DNA from: an uncultured Acidimicrobiales bacterium
GTDB taxonomy: Bacteria; Actinomycetota; Acidimicrobiia; Acidimicrobiales; UBA10347
DNA: 64,000 nucleotides
Assembly (NCBI GenBank): GCA_943788915.1
Contig: CALSSD010000010.1
Location: 434,001-498,000 of the forward strand
Direction: 5' to 3'
Part shown: piece after piece, positions 9,884-20,733 of the stretch
Position numbering within the stretch: the first letter of the stretch is position 1
How the letters are laid out: every line of letters starts with the position of its first letter
Notes under the pieces: generated by a model
What the model was told of the DNA's origin: nothing
The model's database searches: none
What the model saw: the letters and a program-made list of their open reading frames with translations, nothing else
Position numbers and translations under genes: made by a program

Positions 9884-11563
9884 ATGACTGAGCCCCTCGA
9901 TGCCGTCGCAGTACTCGCCGAAACCGCGGCAAATCAACGGGGACTGAGCCTGGTCGGTTCCGGGCTGCGCCTCTTCGAGGGTCGTCGGGCTGTTCCTGTC
10001 GGAGATGTCGCCAGCCGGGTGTCCCCGTTCGACTTGGGTCGTACCTATGAGCTGCTGCTTGCTCCCAAGGCCAGGCGGAAGAAGGGTGCGCACCTGACTC
10101 CCGAAGGTGTAGCTCGCAATCTTGTGGCAATGATGCCTCCGCCAGCACTATCGGACCGGGTGCTCGACCCTGCTGTCGGAGGAGCGGCGTTCCTGATTGC
10201 AGCTGCAGACCAACTCGTGGATGGTGGCGCCCGGCCCGCAGAGGTCATCAGACAACTCTTCGGCGTCGATATCGACGCCGGGGCGGTCGCCGTGGCCGAG
10301 GCGGCACTGACGTTGTGGGGCATAGACCACGAGGTAGAGGTCCGGCCCCTGCCCAATCTGTCTCACGGCGATGGACTGCTCCACGAGCTGCCAGTTGCCG
10401 ACCGCGTGGTCGGCAATCCACCGTTTCTCAATCAGCTGCGGTCGTCGTCGACCCACACCGCAGTCCGGCGCACGGCGTTGCGAGAGCGGTGGGGTGATCT
10501 GGTCGGGACCTACACCGACGATGCCTGGCTGTTCATTGCTGCTGGTCTTCATGCTCTGGACGCCAACGGGACCCTGGCGATGGTGCAACCGGTGTCGGTT
10601 CTTGCGGCTCGTTATGGCGACGCCGTTCGTGAACATGTGGCCGCTCGAGCGTCGTTGCTCGGCATCTGGCTCGCTCGTGAGCAGGTTTTTGATGCAGCGG
10701 TGCAGGTCTGCGGCCTCGTGTTGGGAACAGGGAGCTCTACCGCTGCAACTGTTGAGCGACGTGTCGGCGCTGACTTCTCGACGGTCCCGACGCGCCTCGA
10801 CCAGCCGGCTCCCTCAGAGTGGGGAAGTACCGCTGCTGCAGCGATGGAGGTTCCCGAGGTCCGTCTGCTTCGCGGGGCTAGCCGCACGATCAGCGATCTT
10901 GCTTCGGCTACGGCTGGGTTTCGCGACCAGTTCTACGGGTTCGTCCCCCACGTGTCCGAGTGGGACTCAGACGTGGTTCCCGCAACACATGCCCGGCTGG
11001 TCACGGTTGGCATGATTGACGTGCTGGAGCTGGGTTGGGGGAGCCGCCCGTTCAAGTTCGCGAAACAGTCGTATCGGCGGCCCGTTATCGACCTGGCGGC
11101 GTTGTATGCCGAGAACGACAAACTTGGTCAGTGGGTTCGGGCCAGGCAGCGGCCGAAGTTGCTTATGGCTACGCAGACACGCGTGGTCGAAGTCTGGGTC
11201 GACGAATCTGGCCAGGCCATTCCTGCTACCCCGGTGGTTTCGATCGAACCACTCGATGACGATCCTGAGGCCTTGTGGTTACTTGCCGCAGCCTTGAGTG
11301 CTCCAGCCTTGAGCGCTCATTTCATGGCGAACAATTTCGGAACTGCCATGTCGTTGAACGCGATGAAACTTTCGGCCCGTGATGTTTTGGGCGCACCGCT
11401 GCCATCGGATCACGGGGCATGGACCGATGCCGCTACAACGCTGCGTTCGAACCCCGGCGACACCGAGTATTTTGCCGAAATCATGGACCGCGCCTACGGG
11501 GCTGCAGACGCATCAGTTGCGTCATGGTGGACCGGCCGACTTGCAAACCAGTCGAAGAAGTAA
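9884..11563 (+). CDS. N6-adenine DNA methyltransferase (orphan)
   Basis: GAHLTP (motif X), DPAVGG (motif I), GVDID, VVGNPPF (motif IV), C-terminal TRD-like region. Confidence 0.8.
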   Translation: MTEPLDAVAVLAETAANQRGLSLVGSGLRLFEGRRAVPVGDVASRVSPFDLGRTYELLLAPKARRKKGAHLTPEGVARNLVAMMPPPALSDRVLDPAVGGAAFLIAAADQLVDGGARPAEVIRQLFGVDIDAGAVAVAEAALTLWGIDHEVEVRPLPNLSHGDGLLHELPVADRVVGNPPFLNQLRSSSTHTAVRRTALRERWGDLVGTYTDDAWLFIAAGLHALDANGTLAMVQPVSVLAARYGDAVREHVAARASLLGIWLAREQVFDAAVQVCGLVLGTGSSTAATVERRVGADFSTVPTRLDQPAPSEWGSTAAAAMEVPEVRLLRGASRTISDLASATAGFRDQFYGFVPHVSEWDSDVVPATHARLVTVGMIDVLELGWGSRPFKFAKQSYRRPVIDLAALYAENDKLGQWVRARQRPKLLMATQTRVVEVWVDESGQAIPATPVVSIEPLDDDPEALWLLAAALSAPALSAHFMANNFGTAMSLNAMKLSARDVLGAPLPSDHGAWTDAATTLRSNPGDTEYFAEIMDRAYGAADASVASWWTGRLANQSKK

Positions 11564-11677
11564 CCGCAGCCTGTGGGGCATCATTGGTGAAGCCGGTTCG
11601 AAGTAGCAACAACGGCATTGAAGCGTCTGGCGCTGGAGCTATCGGCACGGCCCCTGACACGCTCTACACTCATTTTG

Positions 11678-12874
11678 ATGTCTGAAGCGCTCCCGTTCGA
11701 AGCACCACGTAAGTGGTCGCGCGGCATCCCTGTCACAGGTGCATGGCTCGAAGGTGATCCCGTCGGTGATCGCAGATTTCACTCGCTCACTGCTGAACGT
11801 CCATTTGCGCTCGAAGGCGGGGGTGTGCTGCATGAAGCCACGATCGCCTATGAGACATGGGGCGAGCTGAACGAGGCAGCCGACAATGCAGTGCTGGTGT
11901 GCCATGCGCTCACCGGTGATGCGCATGCTTCGGGCGGGGTCTCGGCTGTGCATCCCGACGGCGGCTGGTGGGATGGCGTTATCGGGCCGGGTCGAGCGAT
12001 CGACACCGATCGGTGGTTCGTGGTCTGTGCCAATGTGCTCGGTGGATGCCAGGGGTCGACAGGCCCAGCGTCGACGAACCCTGAGACCGGGAAGCCCTAC
12101 GGCATGCGGTTTCCGACCGTCACGATTCGAGACATGGTTCGCTCCCAGGCACGGCTGGCGACGGGTCTCGGCATCGATGCCTGGCATGCGGTGGTTGGCG
12201 GATCGATGGGTGGCATGCAGGTCATCGAATGGGGCTTGATGTTTGCTGATCGGGTGAAAGCAATCGCCCCGATTGCGACGTCTGTGGCGGCTACACCATG
12301 GCAAATTGGTTGGAGCGCGACCGGTCGGCATGCGATCACGCTCGATCCTCAATGGCAGAGCGGCGACTATTACGACGGCGAACCTGGCCAAGGCCCACAC
12401 GCTGGTTTGGCCATAGCCCGGTCCGTTGCTCAGATTACGTATCGAAGCGACGAGGTCTATCAGAATCGTTTCCAGCGAAACCTGGTTGACCCGTCACATG
12501 TGTTTGGCCACTGGGACCGGTTCCAGGTTGAGTCATACCTCGATCACCACGGTGAGAAGTTGGCCCGCCGATTCGACGCCAACAGTTACCTCATCTTGAA
12601 TCGGGCTATGGACCTCCACGATGTTGCTCGTGGCAGAGGCACGGTCGCTCGTGCCTTCGCCATGTTGAAGGCGCCGGTGCTTAGCATCAGCATCACCACC
12701 GATACGTTGTATCACCCTCGACTACAGGTCGACCTGGCTGACTTCGCTCGCCACGCCGGCGTCGAAACCGAGTATCAAATTATCGATAGCCCCCATGGGC
12801 ACGATGGTTTCCTGCTCGAGTCCGATGCTGTTGGCGCTGCGCTCGGCAAATTCCTTGACCGCGCCGGATCCTAA
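11678..12874 (+). CDS. metX: Homoserine O-acetyltransferase
   Basis: HALTGD, GGCQGSTGP, GGSMGG, RFDANSY, HGHDGFL. Confidence 0.92.
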   Translation: MSEALPFEAPRKWSRGIPVTGAWLEGDPVGDRRFHSLTAERPFALEGGGVLHEATIAYETWGELNEAADNAVLVCHALTGDAHASGGVSAVHPDGGWWDGVIGPGRAIDTDRWFVVCANVLGGCQGSTGPASTNPETGKPYGMRFPTVTIRDMVRSQARLATGLGIDAWHAVVGGSMGGMQVIEWGLMFADRVKAIAPIATSVAATPWQIGWSATGRHAITLDPQWQSGDYYDGEPGQGPHAGLAIARSVAQITYRSDEVYQNRFQRNLVDPSHVFGHWDRFQVESYLDHHGEKLARRFDANSYLILNRAMDLHDVARGRGTVARAFAMLKAPVLSISITTDTLYHPRLQVDLADFARHAGVETEYQIIDSPHGHDGFLLESDAVGAALGKFLDRAGS

Positions 12875-12897
12875 GCGCCCGCTGACACCCATGGCCC

Positions 12898-13674
12898 GTG
12901 CCTGAACTACTCGAGATAGAGATGTACCGGCGGGGCGCGTCCCCACTGATCGGGCGCACTGTGTCGTCGATCGAGACACCCGATGATTGGTATATCAAGG
13001 GTGTGGATCCTGAAATATTGCGGACTGCGTTGCTTGGAGCGACGATCGAGTCGTTAGGCCGAGTGGGAAAACTCATGCTGATCGAAACCGTTGGGGCGAC
13101 CGTCGGGCTGCGGTTCGGCATGACCGGCATCTTGATGATCGATGAGCAGCCGGTTATTGCTGAGTTGGAGTACTCCTCCAATCGGCTCGATCCGGCATGG
13201 AACCGATTTGTGGCCCACTTTGCAGACGGTGGCCAGATGGCGATGAACGATCCCCGACGCTTAGGTGGTGTCGAGCTCGACCCGGACCTGACCAAGCTGG
13301 GTCCCGACGCATGGGCCATCGGAGCTGTCGAGCTCCAGCCAATCTTTGGACGGTACAAGGTCGCTGCCAAGGCCTTGTTGCTCAATCAGAAGCGGATTGC
13401 AGGACTCGGGAACCTGCTGGTCGACGAACTGTTGTGGCGATCTGGTGTGTCGCCGTTGCGACCAGCAAACGAGGTGAGCTACGACGCAATCGGCCGGCTC
13501 GGCGAAGCGCTGGCGCCGATGCTCGATGAGCTGTACCGGCGAGGTGGTTCCACGTGTGGCGATCATTTCGAGGAACGACATGTCGACGGAAGATGTCCTC
13601 GTGATGGTGGTGAGATGGTGCATGCCACGGTAGGAGGCCGTTCGACATGGTGGTGCCGAACGCACCAGTTCTGA
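12898..13674 (+). CDS. Fpg/Nei family DNA glycosylase
   Basis: N-terminal PE motif, RFGMTG, H2TH LLNQKRIAGLGN, C-terminal finger CPRD...WCRTHQ. Confidence 0.9.
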   Translation: MPELLEIEMYRRGASPLIGRTVSSIETPDDWYIKGVDPEILRTALLGATIESLGRVGKLMLIETVGATVGLRFGMTGILMIDEQPVIAELEYSSNRLDPAWNRFVAHFADGGQMAMNDPRRLGGVELDPDLTKLGPDAWAIGAVELQPIFGRYKVAAKALLLNQKRIAGLGNLLVDELLWRSGVSPLRPANEVSYDAIGRLGEALAPMLDELYRRGGSTCGDHFEERHVDGRCPRDGGEMVHATVGGRSTWWCRTHQF

Positions 13675-13710
13675 ATTGAGGAATCTGCTGCCTGTACTAC
13701 AGTCGCAACC

Positions 13711-15099
<1,389 letters not shown>

Positions 15100-15155
15100 A
15101 AAGAACAAAAATTCCGACGCCAGCCGCGTATCTTCCGGTTAGAGTTGTTGCTCTT

Positions 15156-15228
15156 GCGGATGTAGCTCAGCTGGTAGAGCATCACCTTGCCAAGGTGAGG
15201 GTCGCGGGTTCAAATCTCGTCATCCGCT
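15156..15228 (+). tRNA. tRNA-Gly (anticodon GCC), CCA not encoded
   Basis: GCGGATG/CATCCGC acceptor stem, GCTC/GAGC D stem, TCACC-TTGCCAA-GGTGA anticodon arm, GGTTCAAAT T loop. Confidence 0.97.
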
Positions 15229-15234
15229 CAGAAT

Positions 15235-15275
15235 ACAAACGCCCCGGAGCCCAACTCCGGGGCGTTTGTCGTTTT
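15235..15275 (+). terminator. Intrinsic terminator after tRNA-Gly
   Basis: 15-bp perfect stem ACAAACGCCCCGGAG / CTCCGGGGCGTTTGT followed by T-rich tract. Confidence 0.85.
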
Positions 15276-15373
15276 CTGATTTTGGTCCGAAATACATCGG
15301 CATCTAGGTCATAAGTGGAACACGAGGTTTGCCGCCGGCAGGCTCCACGGAGTGCTCCACACCCTCTAAGCTC

Positions 15374-15571
15374 ATGGCCATGGAACGTCCGGGTAAGTTC
15401 GAGCACCATCAATTCGTCGGGGACAAGCGCACTCAGGTCGTATACGACGTCGATGCCACCACCAACGAAGCCGCTGTTAATGAACTCATTGAGTCCGAGC
15501 AATACATGTCGTTTAACCCCGACACTCTTGCCGAGGCTCGCAACCGCGGCTACCGGATCGCGAAACACTGA
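15374..15571 (+). CDS. Small hypothetical protein
   Basis: Compact ~65-aa ORF with protein-like composition (FVGDKRTQVVYD...DTLAEARNRGY); start 15374 or 15380. Confidence 0.7.
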   Translation: MAMERPGKFEHHQFVGDKRTQVVYDVDATTNEAAVNELIESEQYMSFNPDTLAEARNRGYRIAKH

Positions 15572-15579
15572 GCACCACA

Positions 15580-16335
15580 TTGCAGTTTGAGTCCGATGGG
15601 CTGACGATCCACGGACACCTAGCGCTTCCCGAGCGGCATCCTGTGGGCGGTTCGCCCGGGTTCGTGCTCTGTCACGGATTCCCAACGCCGGCGATCGGTG
15701 CAGCGAATGCGGGCGTCTCGTTCCGTTCATTGGCCGACCGAATCGCCGATCAGCAGGGTGGCGCAGTCCTTGCATTGAACTACCGCGGTTGTGGCGACAG
15801 CGAAGGCAACTTCTCAATCGGTGGATGGTTGCACGATGTCGAAGCAGCAATCGATGCTCTCGGCGCACTCGACGAGGTCTCATCGGTCTCTGTCATCGGA
15901 TTTGGAACCGGTGGGGCCCTTGCTGTTTGTGCAGGAGCGAGTAGGCCCGAAGTGCGGTCAGTCGCTGCCTTCGCCCCACCTGCAGACTTCGAAGATTGGT
16001 CGAACGATCCGGAACATCTTCTGGGCCACGCCCGCAGCGTTGGTGTTATCAGGGACCCGGACTTCCCTAAGGATTTCGACGCGTGGGCAGAGGAACTCGA
16101 TCATGTGAAAGCCATCGACAGTGCTGCCGAGTTTGCGCCCCGCTCACTCACGATCTTGCACGGTGGCGACGACGACGTCGTGCCAGTCTTTGACAGCCGC
16201 ATGGTCGCCGACGCCCACGGGGCAGCCGACTTGCGCATCATCCAGGGTGCGGGACATCTGTTGCGTTACGACCCTCGAGCCATAGCGGTGTTACTTGGCT
16301 GGGTTGATCGCCAACGCTTCAGCCACAACGTCTAA
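15580..16335 (+). CDS. Alpha/beta-hydrolase fold protein (nucleophile Ser absent)
   Basis: LCHGF, NYRGCGDSEG, GFGTGG elbow, HGGDDDVVP, GAGH. Confidence 0.85.
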   Translation: MQFESDGLTIHGHLALPERHPVGGSPGFVLCHGFPTPAIGAANAGVSFRSLADRIADQQGGAVLALNYRGCGDSEGNFSIGGWLHDVEAAIDALGALDEVSSVSVIGFGTGGALAVCAGASRPEVRSVAAFAPPADFEDWSNDPEHLLGHARSVGVIRDPDFPKDFDAWAEELDHVKAIDSAAEFAPRSLTILHGGDDDVVPVFDSRMVADAHGAADLRIIQGAGHLLRYDPRAIAVLLGWVDRQRFSHNV

Positions 16336-16387
16336 GACCCACCCATCCATCGGCGCTGCACCGTTCTGAATGGCCTGATACTCGTGT

Positions 16388-19120
16388 CTAGCGGTTGGCA
16401 GGCAGGGCCGGTCCGGTTTCGAATTGGAACGGATTCGTGCGTGTGTTGTCGATGCCATAATCAACGATGGCTTGGGTGACAACGTCGGTGGAGATGACAC
16501 CTTCGTTGGCCAGCGACGACAACACAGCCACCACCACGTTTGGGCCGTCGACCTCGAAGAATGTACGCAGCACGTCTCGGGTATCGCTCCGACCGAAACC
16601 GTCGGTGCCCAGCGGGACGAAGTTACGTGGTGTCCACCGCGAGATCTGATCGGGAACCATCGTCATGAAGTCGCTGACCGCGACGATGGGACCTTCGGAC
16701 GTGTTGAGCTTCTCGGTCACCTCGATTGTGCGAGCCTTGCATGGGTTCAAACGCTCCCAGCGCTCAGCGTCGAGTGCTTGTTCTCGGAGCGTCTTGTACG
16801 ACGTGACCGACCACAACTCTGCTCCGACGCCGTATTTGGCAGCGAGTTCTTCGCGCGCCCAACGTGCAGCGGTGTGCGACGACCCTGAGAAAAGGATGGT
16901 CGCCGAATGTTCGGTGCCGGGAGGGCGAGTATCGAAACGGTAGAGGCCACTCATGATGTCTTCGTCGCTGACATTGTCAGCTTGTGGCGGCTGCTCATAA
17001 TTCTCGTTGTACAGGGTCACGTAGTAGTAGACGTCGTCGCCGTCTTGGCTACCCGTTTCGGGGTACATCCGAGCCAAGCCACATTTGAGGATCGTGGCCA
17101 GTTCGTAGGCGAATGCCGGGTCATAGGCTTCGCATGCAGGCACGGTCGATGCAAGCAACAGGCTATGGCCATCTTGGTGCTGCAGGCCTTCACCTTCCAG
17201 CGTGGTTCGCCCCGCGGTGGCGCCGAGCAGGAAACCCCGAGCCCGACTATCAGCTGCGCTCCACAGCAGATCCCCGACTCGCTGAAAACCAAACATGGAG
17301 TAAAAGGTGTAGATAGGCACCATGGGAACACCCAGGTTGGCGTAGCTGGTGGCAGCAGCGATCCAGTCGGCCACCGAACCCGCTTCGGTAATGCCTTCTT
17401 CAAGGATCTGACCATCTTGGCCCTCGGCATAACTGAGCAGTAGGTCGTGATCGACGGGTTCGTAGAGCTGGCCCTCGTGGGCGTAGATCTTGAACTCTCG
17501 GAACAGTGAGTCCATGCCGAATGTGCGGGCCTCGTCGGCCACGATCGGCACTATGCGTTCACCAATGGCGTCGTCGCGGAGCAGGCTGCGAAGCATGGCA
17601 GTCGCAGCCATCGTCGTCGAGACCGCTCGCCCGCCTGACCCATCATCGAAGTCGGCAAAGATCTTGGGGTCAGGGAGCCGCAGCGGACGACGATCGCGCA
17701 CGACCCGAGACGGGACTGGGCCATCCATGGCCTGTTGGCGTTCCAACATGTATTTCGCTTCGACGCTGTCGGGAGCGGGCCGGAAGTACGGGGGGAGTCC
17801 GTCGTCGAGATCCTCGAGGGGGATCTCATCAACAAGATCCAGTCGCTCACGCAATACCTGCATCTGTTCCACAGACATTTTCTTGATCTGGTGGGTGGCG
17901 TTGCGTCCTTCGAAACCTTCGCCCAATGTCCAACCCTTCACGGTCTGGGCAAGAATCACGGTTGGTTGACCACGGTGGTCTTCGGCAGCCTTGAATGCAG
18001 CGAACACCTTCTGGTAGTCGTGGCCCCCACGGGGGAGTGTGCGCAGTTCGTCGTCGCTGAGGTGCTCTACCAGCTTGCGTAGACGAGGATCAGGGCCGAA
18101 GAAGTGTTCCCGGATGTACGCCCCGGATTCAGTCACTAAACGTTGGTACTGCCCATCGACCGTGTTGTTGAACTTGTCGACCAGCACATTGTCGGTGTCC
18201 GCAGCCAGGAGTTCGTCCCACTTGGTGCCCCACAACACCTTGATGACGTTCCATCCAGCACCACGGAAGACACCCTCAAGTTCTTCGACGATTCGACCAT
18301 TGCCGCGGACGGGACCATCGAGGCGTTGCAGGTTGCAATTGACGACCCAGGTCAGATTGTCGAGACCAGCGCGGCCAGCCAGTGAGATGGCGCCCAAGGT
18401 TTCGGGTTCATCGGTTTCGCCGTCGCCGACGAATGCCCAAATATTGGTTTTTGACGTGTCGTCGATGCGGCGGTGTTCCATATACCGGTTGAAACGAGCG
18501 TGATAGATCGAGTTGATGGGGCCCAGGCCCATCGACACAGTCGGGAACTCCCAGAAGTCCGGCATCAGTCGGGGATGCGGGTAACTCGATAGACCATTGC
18601 CGCCGACTTCTTGGCGGAAGTTGTCGAGGTGTTCTTCGGTCAGACGGCCTTCGATAAACGCCCGGCTGTAGACACCCGGGGCCGCGTGGCCTTGGAAGTA
18701 CACATGGTCACCGGGCTGGCCATCTGCTTTGCCCTTGAAAAAGTGGTTGAAACCAACTTCGTACAGCGATGACGAACTGGCATAGGTCGACAGGTGGCCG
18801 CCTACGCCCGTGTCCTTGTTGGCGCGAACGACCATGGCGGCGGCGTTCCACCGGATGAATGCTCGGATACGGCGTTCGATGTTCTCATCGCCGGGAATGA
18901 ACGGTTGGGCATCTGGCGGGATGGTATTGATGTGCGGCGTCTTGGTGAGCGGAGGTAGGCCGAGGTTTAAGTCGTCGGCGTGTTCAATCAGACGGGCTAT
19001 GACGTAACGGGCCCGAGCATTGCCTTGGACTGCAGCTAGGGCATCAAGTGAGTCGAGCCACTCTTTGGTCTCGGCCGGGTCGACGTCAGGAAGAGCTCGG
19101 GTGTAATGATCAGTCATCAT
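16388..19120 (-). CDS. aceE: Pyruvate dehydrogenase E1, homodimeric type
   Basis: GGHLSTY, SSYPHPRLMP, GDGETDEPE...NCN TPP motif, GEGLQHQDG, GTDGFGRSD. Confidence 0.97.
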   Translation of the reverse strand: MMTDHYTRALPDVDPAETKEWLDSLDALAAVQGNARARYVIARLIEHADDLNLGLPPLTKTPHINTIPPDAQPFIPGDENIERRIRAFIRWNAAAMVVRANKDTGVGGHLSTYASSSSLYEVGFNHFFKGKADGQPGDHVYFQGHAAPGVYSRAFIEGRLTEEHLDNFRQEVGGNGLSSYPHPRLMPDFWEFPTVSMGLGPINSIYHARFNRYMEHRRIDDTSKTNIWAFVGDGETDEPETLGAISLAGRAGLDNLTWVVNCNLQRLDGPVRGNGRIVEELEGVFRGAGWNVIKVLWGTKWDELLAADTDNVLVDKFNNTVDGQYQRLVTESGAYIREHFFGPDPRLRKLVEHLSDDELRTLPRGGHDYQKVFAAFKAAEDHRGQPTVILAQTVKGWTLGEGFEGRNATHQIKKMSVEQMQVLRERLDLVDEIPLEDLDDGLPPYFRPAPDSVEAKYMLERQQAMDGPVPSRVVRDRRPLRLPDPKIFADFDDGSGGRAVSTTMAATAMLRSLLRDDAIGERIVPIVADEARTFGMDSLFREFKIYAHEGQLYEPVDHDLLLSYAEGQDGQILEEGITEAGSVADWIAAATSYANLGVPMVPIYTFYSMFGFQRVGDLLWSAADSRARGFLLGATAGRTTLEGEGLQHQDGHSLLLASTVPACEAYDPAFAYELATILKCGLARMYPETGSQDGDDVYYYVTLYNENYEQPPQADNVSDEDIMSGLYRFDTRPPGTEHSATILFSGSSHTAARWAREELAAKYGVGAELWSVTSYKTLREQALDAERWERLNPCKARTIEVTEKLNTSEGPIVAVSDFMTMVPDQISRWTPRNFVPLGTDGFGRSDTRDVLRTFFEVDGPNVVVAVLSSLANEGVISTDVVTQAIVDYGIDNTRTNPFQFETGPALPANR

Positions 19121-19209
19121 CCGCCACTATCGCAAAGAAATGAGGAACTTCGTGCGTTTTTCGGGTTGCATTCCGAAGTTTTCCGATGCGCCTGTGCCAC
19201 CCTCACAGG

Positions 19210-20212
19210 GTGACTCGAACGACCGTGTATACCGACGGAGCCTGTAGCGGGAACCCTGGACCCGGCGGTTGGGGCTGGGTGGTGCCCGATGGCGAGGGTG
19301 CGTTCGGTGGTGCTGAGCAAACGACCAACCAACGTATGGAGCTCCAGGCTGCCCTCGAGGCGGTGCGGGCACTGCCGGGCCCATTACATATTGTCAGCGA
19401 TTCCACCTATGTCGTGAATTGTTTCCGAGACAACTGGTGGAAGGGTTGGATCAAACGCGGCTGGAAGAACTCGCAGAAGAAGCCAGTGGCAAATCGCGAC
19501 ATCTGGGAACCGCTTATCGAGCTGTACCAGGAACGTGACATCACCTTCGAATGGGTCAAGGGCCATAGCGGCAGTCGATGGAACGACCGGGCCGATGAAC
19601 TTGCTGTCATGGGTCGCGACCAGGCTGCCGGCGCAATGGAGCCTGTTTCTGTGCCCGCTCCCTCCTCCGCTGCATCCGCGACCGACGCAGAACACGGCGC
19701 TGCCGCTGCATCCGACGGCGCACGCAAGATCGCAGTGGTTGGCCATCGGCCGCCTGAAATTGGCGGCTACGGCAAGAACCCGGTAGCTGATGGGCTTCGG
19801 CGTCAGATGAAAGAGATCCTGGCGGCCAAGGCCTCGATGTATGACGAGGTCGTCGTGCTCACCGGTCTCCAGCTTGGCGCCGAAACGCTGGCCGCCGAAG
19901 CGGCGCTCGACGCCGGGACTGGTTTCATCGCGGTGCTGGCGTTCCCTGACCCGTCGGCGCGGTGGCCGAAGCCGGCGCAGAAACACTTCGACACACTGAT
20001 CGATCAAGCCAGTGACGTCATCATCTTGGATAAGGACGTTCCTGGCTCGAGCCTGCAGGTTGCGAAGTCGTTTGGCCGCCGAGATCGATGGCTACAGAAC
20101 AATGCTGCCGAAGCAATTGTTGTGTGGAACGGCGGCAAGAACGGCGTCGAAGAAACAACTCCGCGACTTCGAGTCATTCCTGGGCGACAACGTGTGGCGC
20201 CTCGAACCCTGA
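19210..20212 (+). CDS. rnhA: Ribonuclease HI fused to DUF1273/YspA-like SLOG domain (apparent frameshift near 20150)
   Basis: YTDGACSGNPGPGG, TNQRMEL, SDS, WVKGHSG, NDRAD; C-terminal GHRPPEIGGY, TGLQLGAE, RDRWL..IVVWNG; likely true end KQLRDFESFLGDNVWRLEP in a shifted frame. Confidence 0.85.
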
Positions 20213-20287
20213 CGGCGACGGTCCACCCCGAAAACGGATGACCGAGAGCATCAACGGTGATGCTCCCAGCCAGACGTCCGTGATGGT

Positions 20288-20728
20288 CTAGGTCGCGGTG
20301 ACAACCGCCTCAAGCCGTTCCAGCGTCTTCTGGATGTTCGGCAGCGTCTTCTTCGGGTAACCCATCAACTCGATGGACTTCGGTGACAATGCTGTAGACC
20401 AGTCGAAGGTCTCGGTGACCATGGTGCCGCCGTCGACCTCTTCAAGTTCGTAACGCCAGCGGTGTTTGCCGAAGTGTGCCCATGCTATGAGCTTGTTCTC
20501 TTCGAACTCGACCACGGTGCTGCGCATGTCATACGGCACAACGATCTTCATCTTCATGCCAAATTTGGAGCCCATTTTCAGCAGCTCGGGGGAATCCTGG
20601 CGAGATCCGCGGACGGTTCCGGAACCATCGATTTCTGCGTGCCGATCCGGGTTCACCAGAACGGCGAAGATCGCTTCGGCCGGGGCATCGATAAGCCGCG
20701 ATGCGGAAACGTTTTGTTCTTTTGCCAT
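20288..20728 (-). CDS. SRPBCC family protein
   Basis: IDAPAEAIFAVL, HAEIDGSG, HRWRYEL, TETFDW. Confidence 0.85.
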   Translation of the reverse strand: MAKEQNVSASRLIDAPAEAIFAVLVNPDRHAEIDGSGTVRGSRQDSPELLKMGSKFGMKMKIVVPYDMRSTVVEFEENKLIAWAHFGKHRWRYELEEVDGGTMVTETFDWSTALSPKSIELMGYPKKTLPNIQKTLERLEAVVTAT

Positions 20729-20733
20729 GTGTC

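Noticed and set aside
11563..11678. SAM riboswitch upstream of metX
   Set aside because: No recognisable SAM-I/IV core in the short spacer
15156..15300. tRNA-Gly as integration site of a mobile element
   Set aside because: No integrase and no duplicated tRNA 3' end seen in the window
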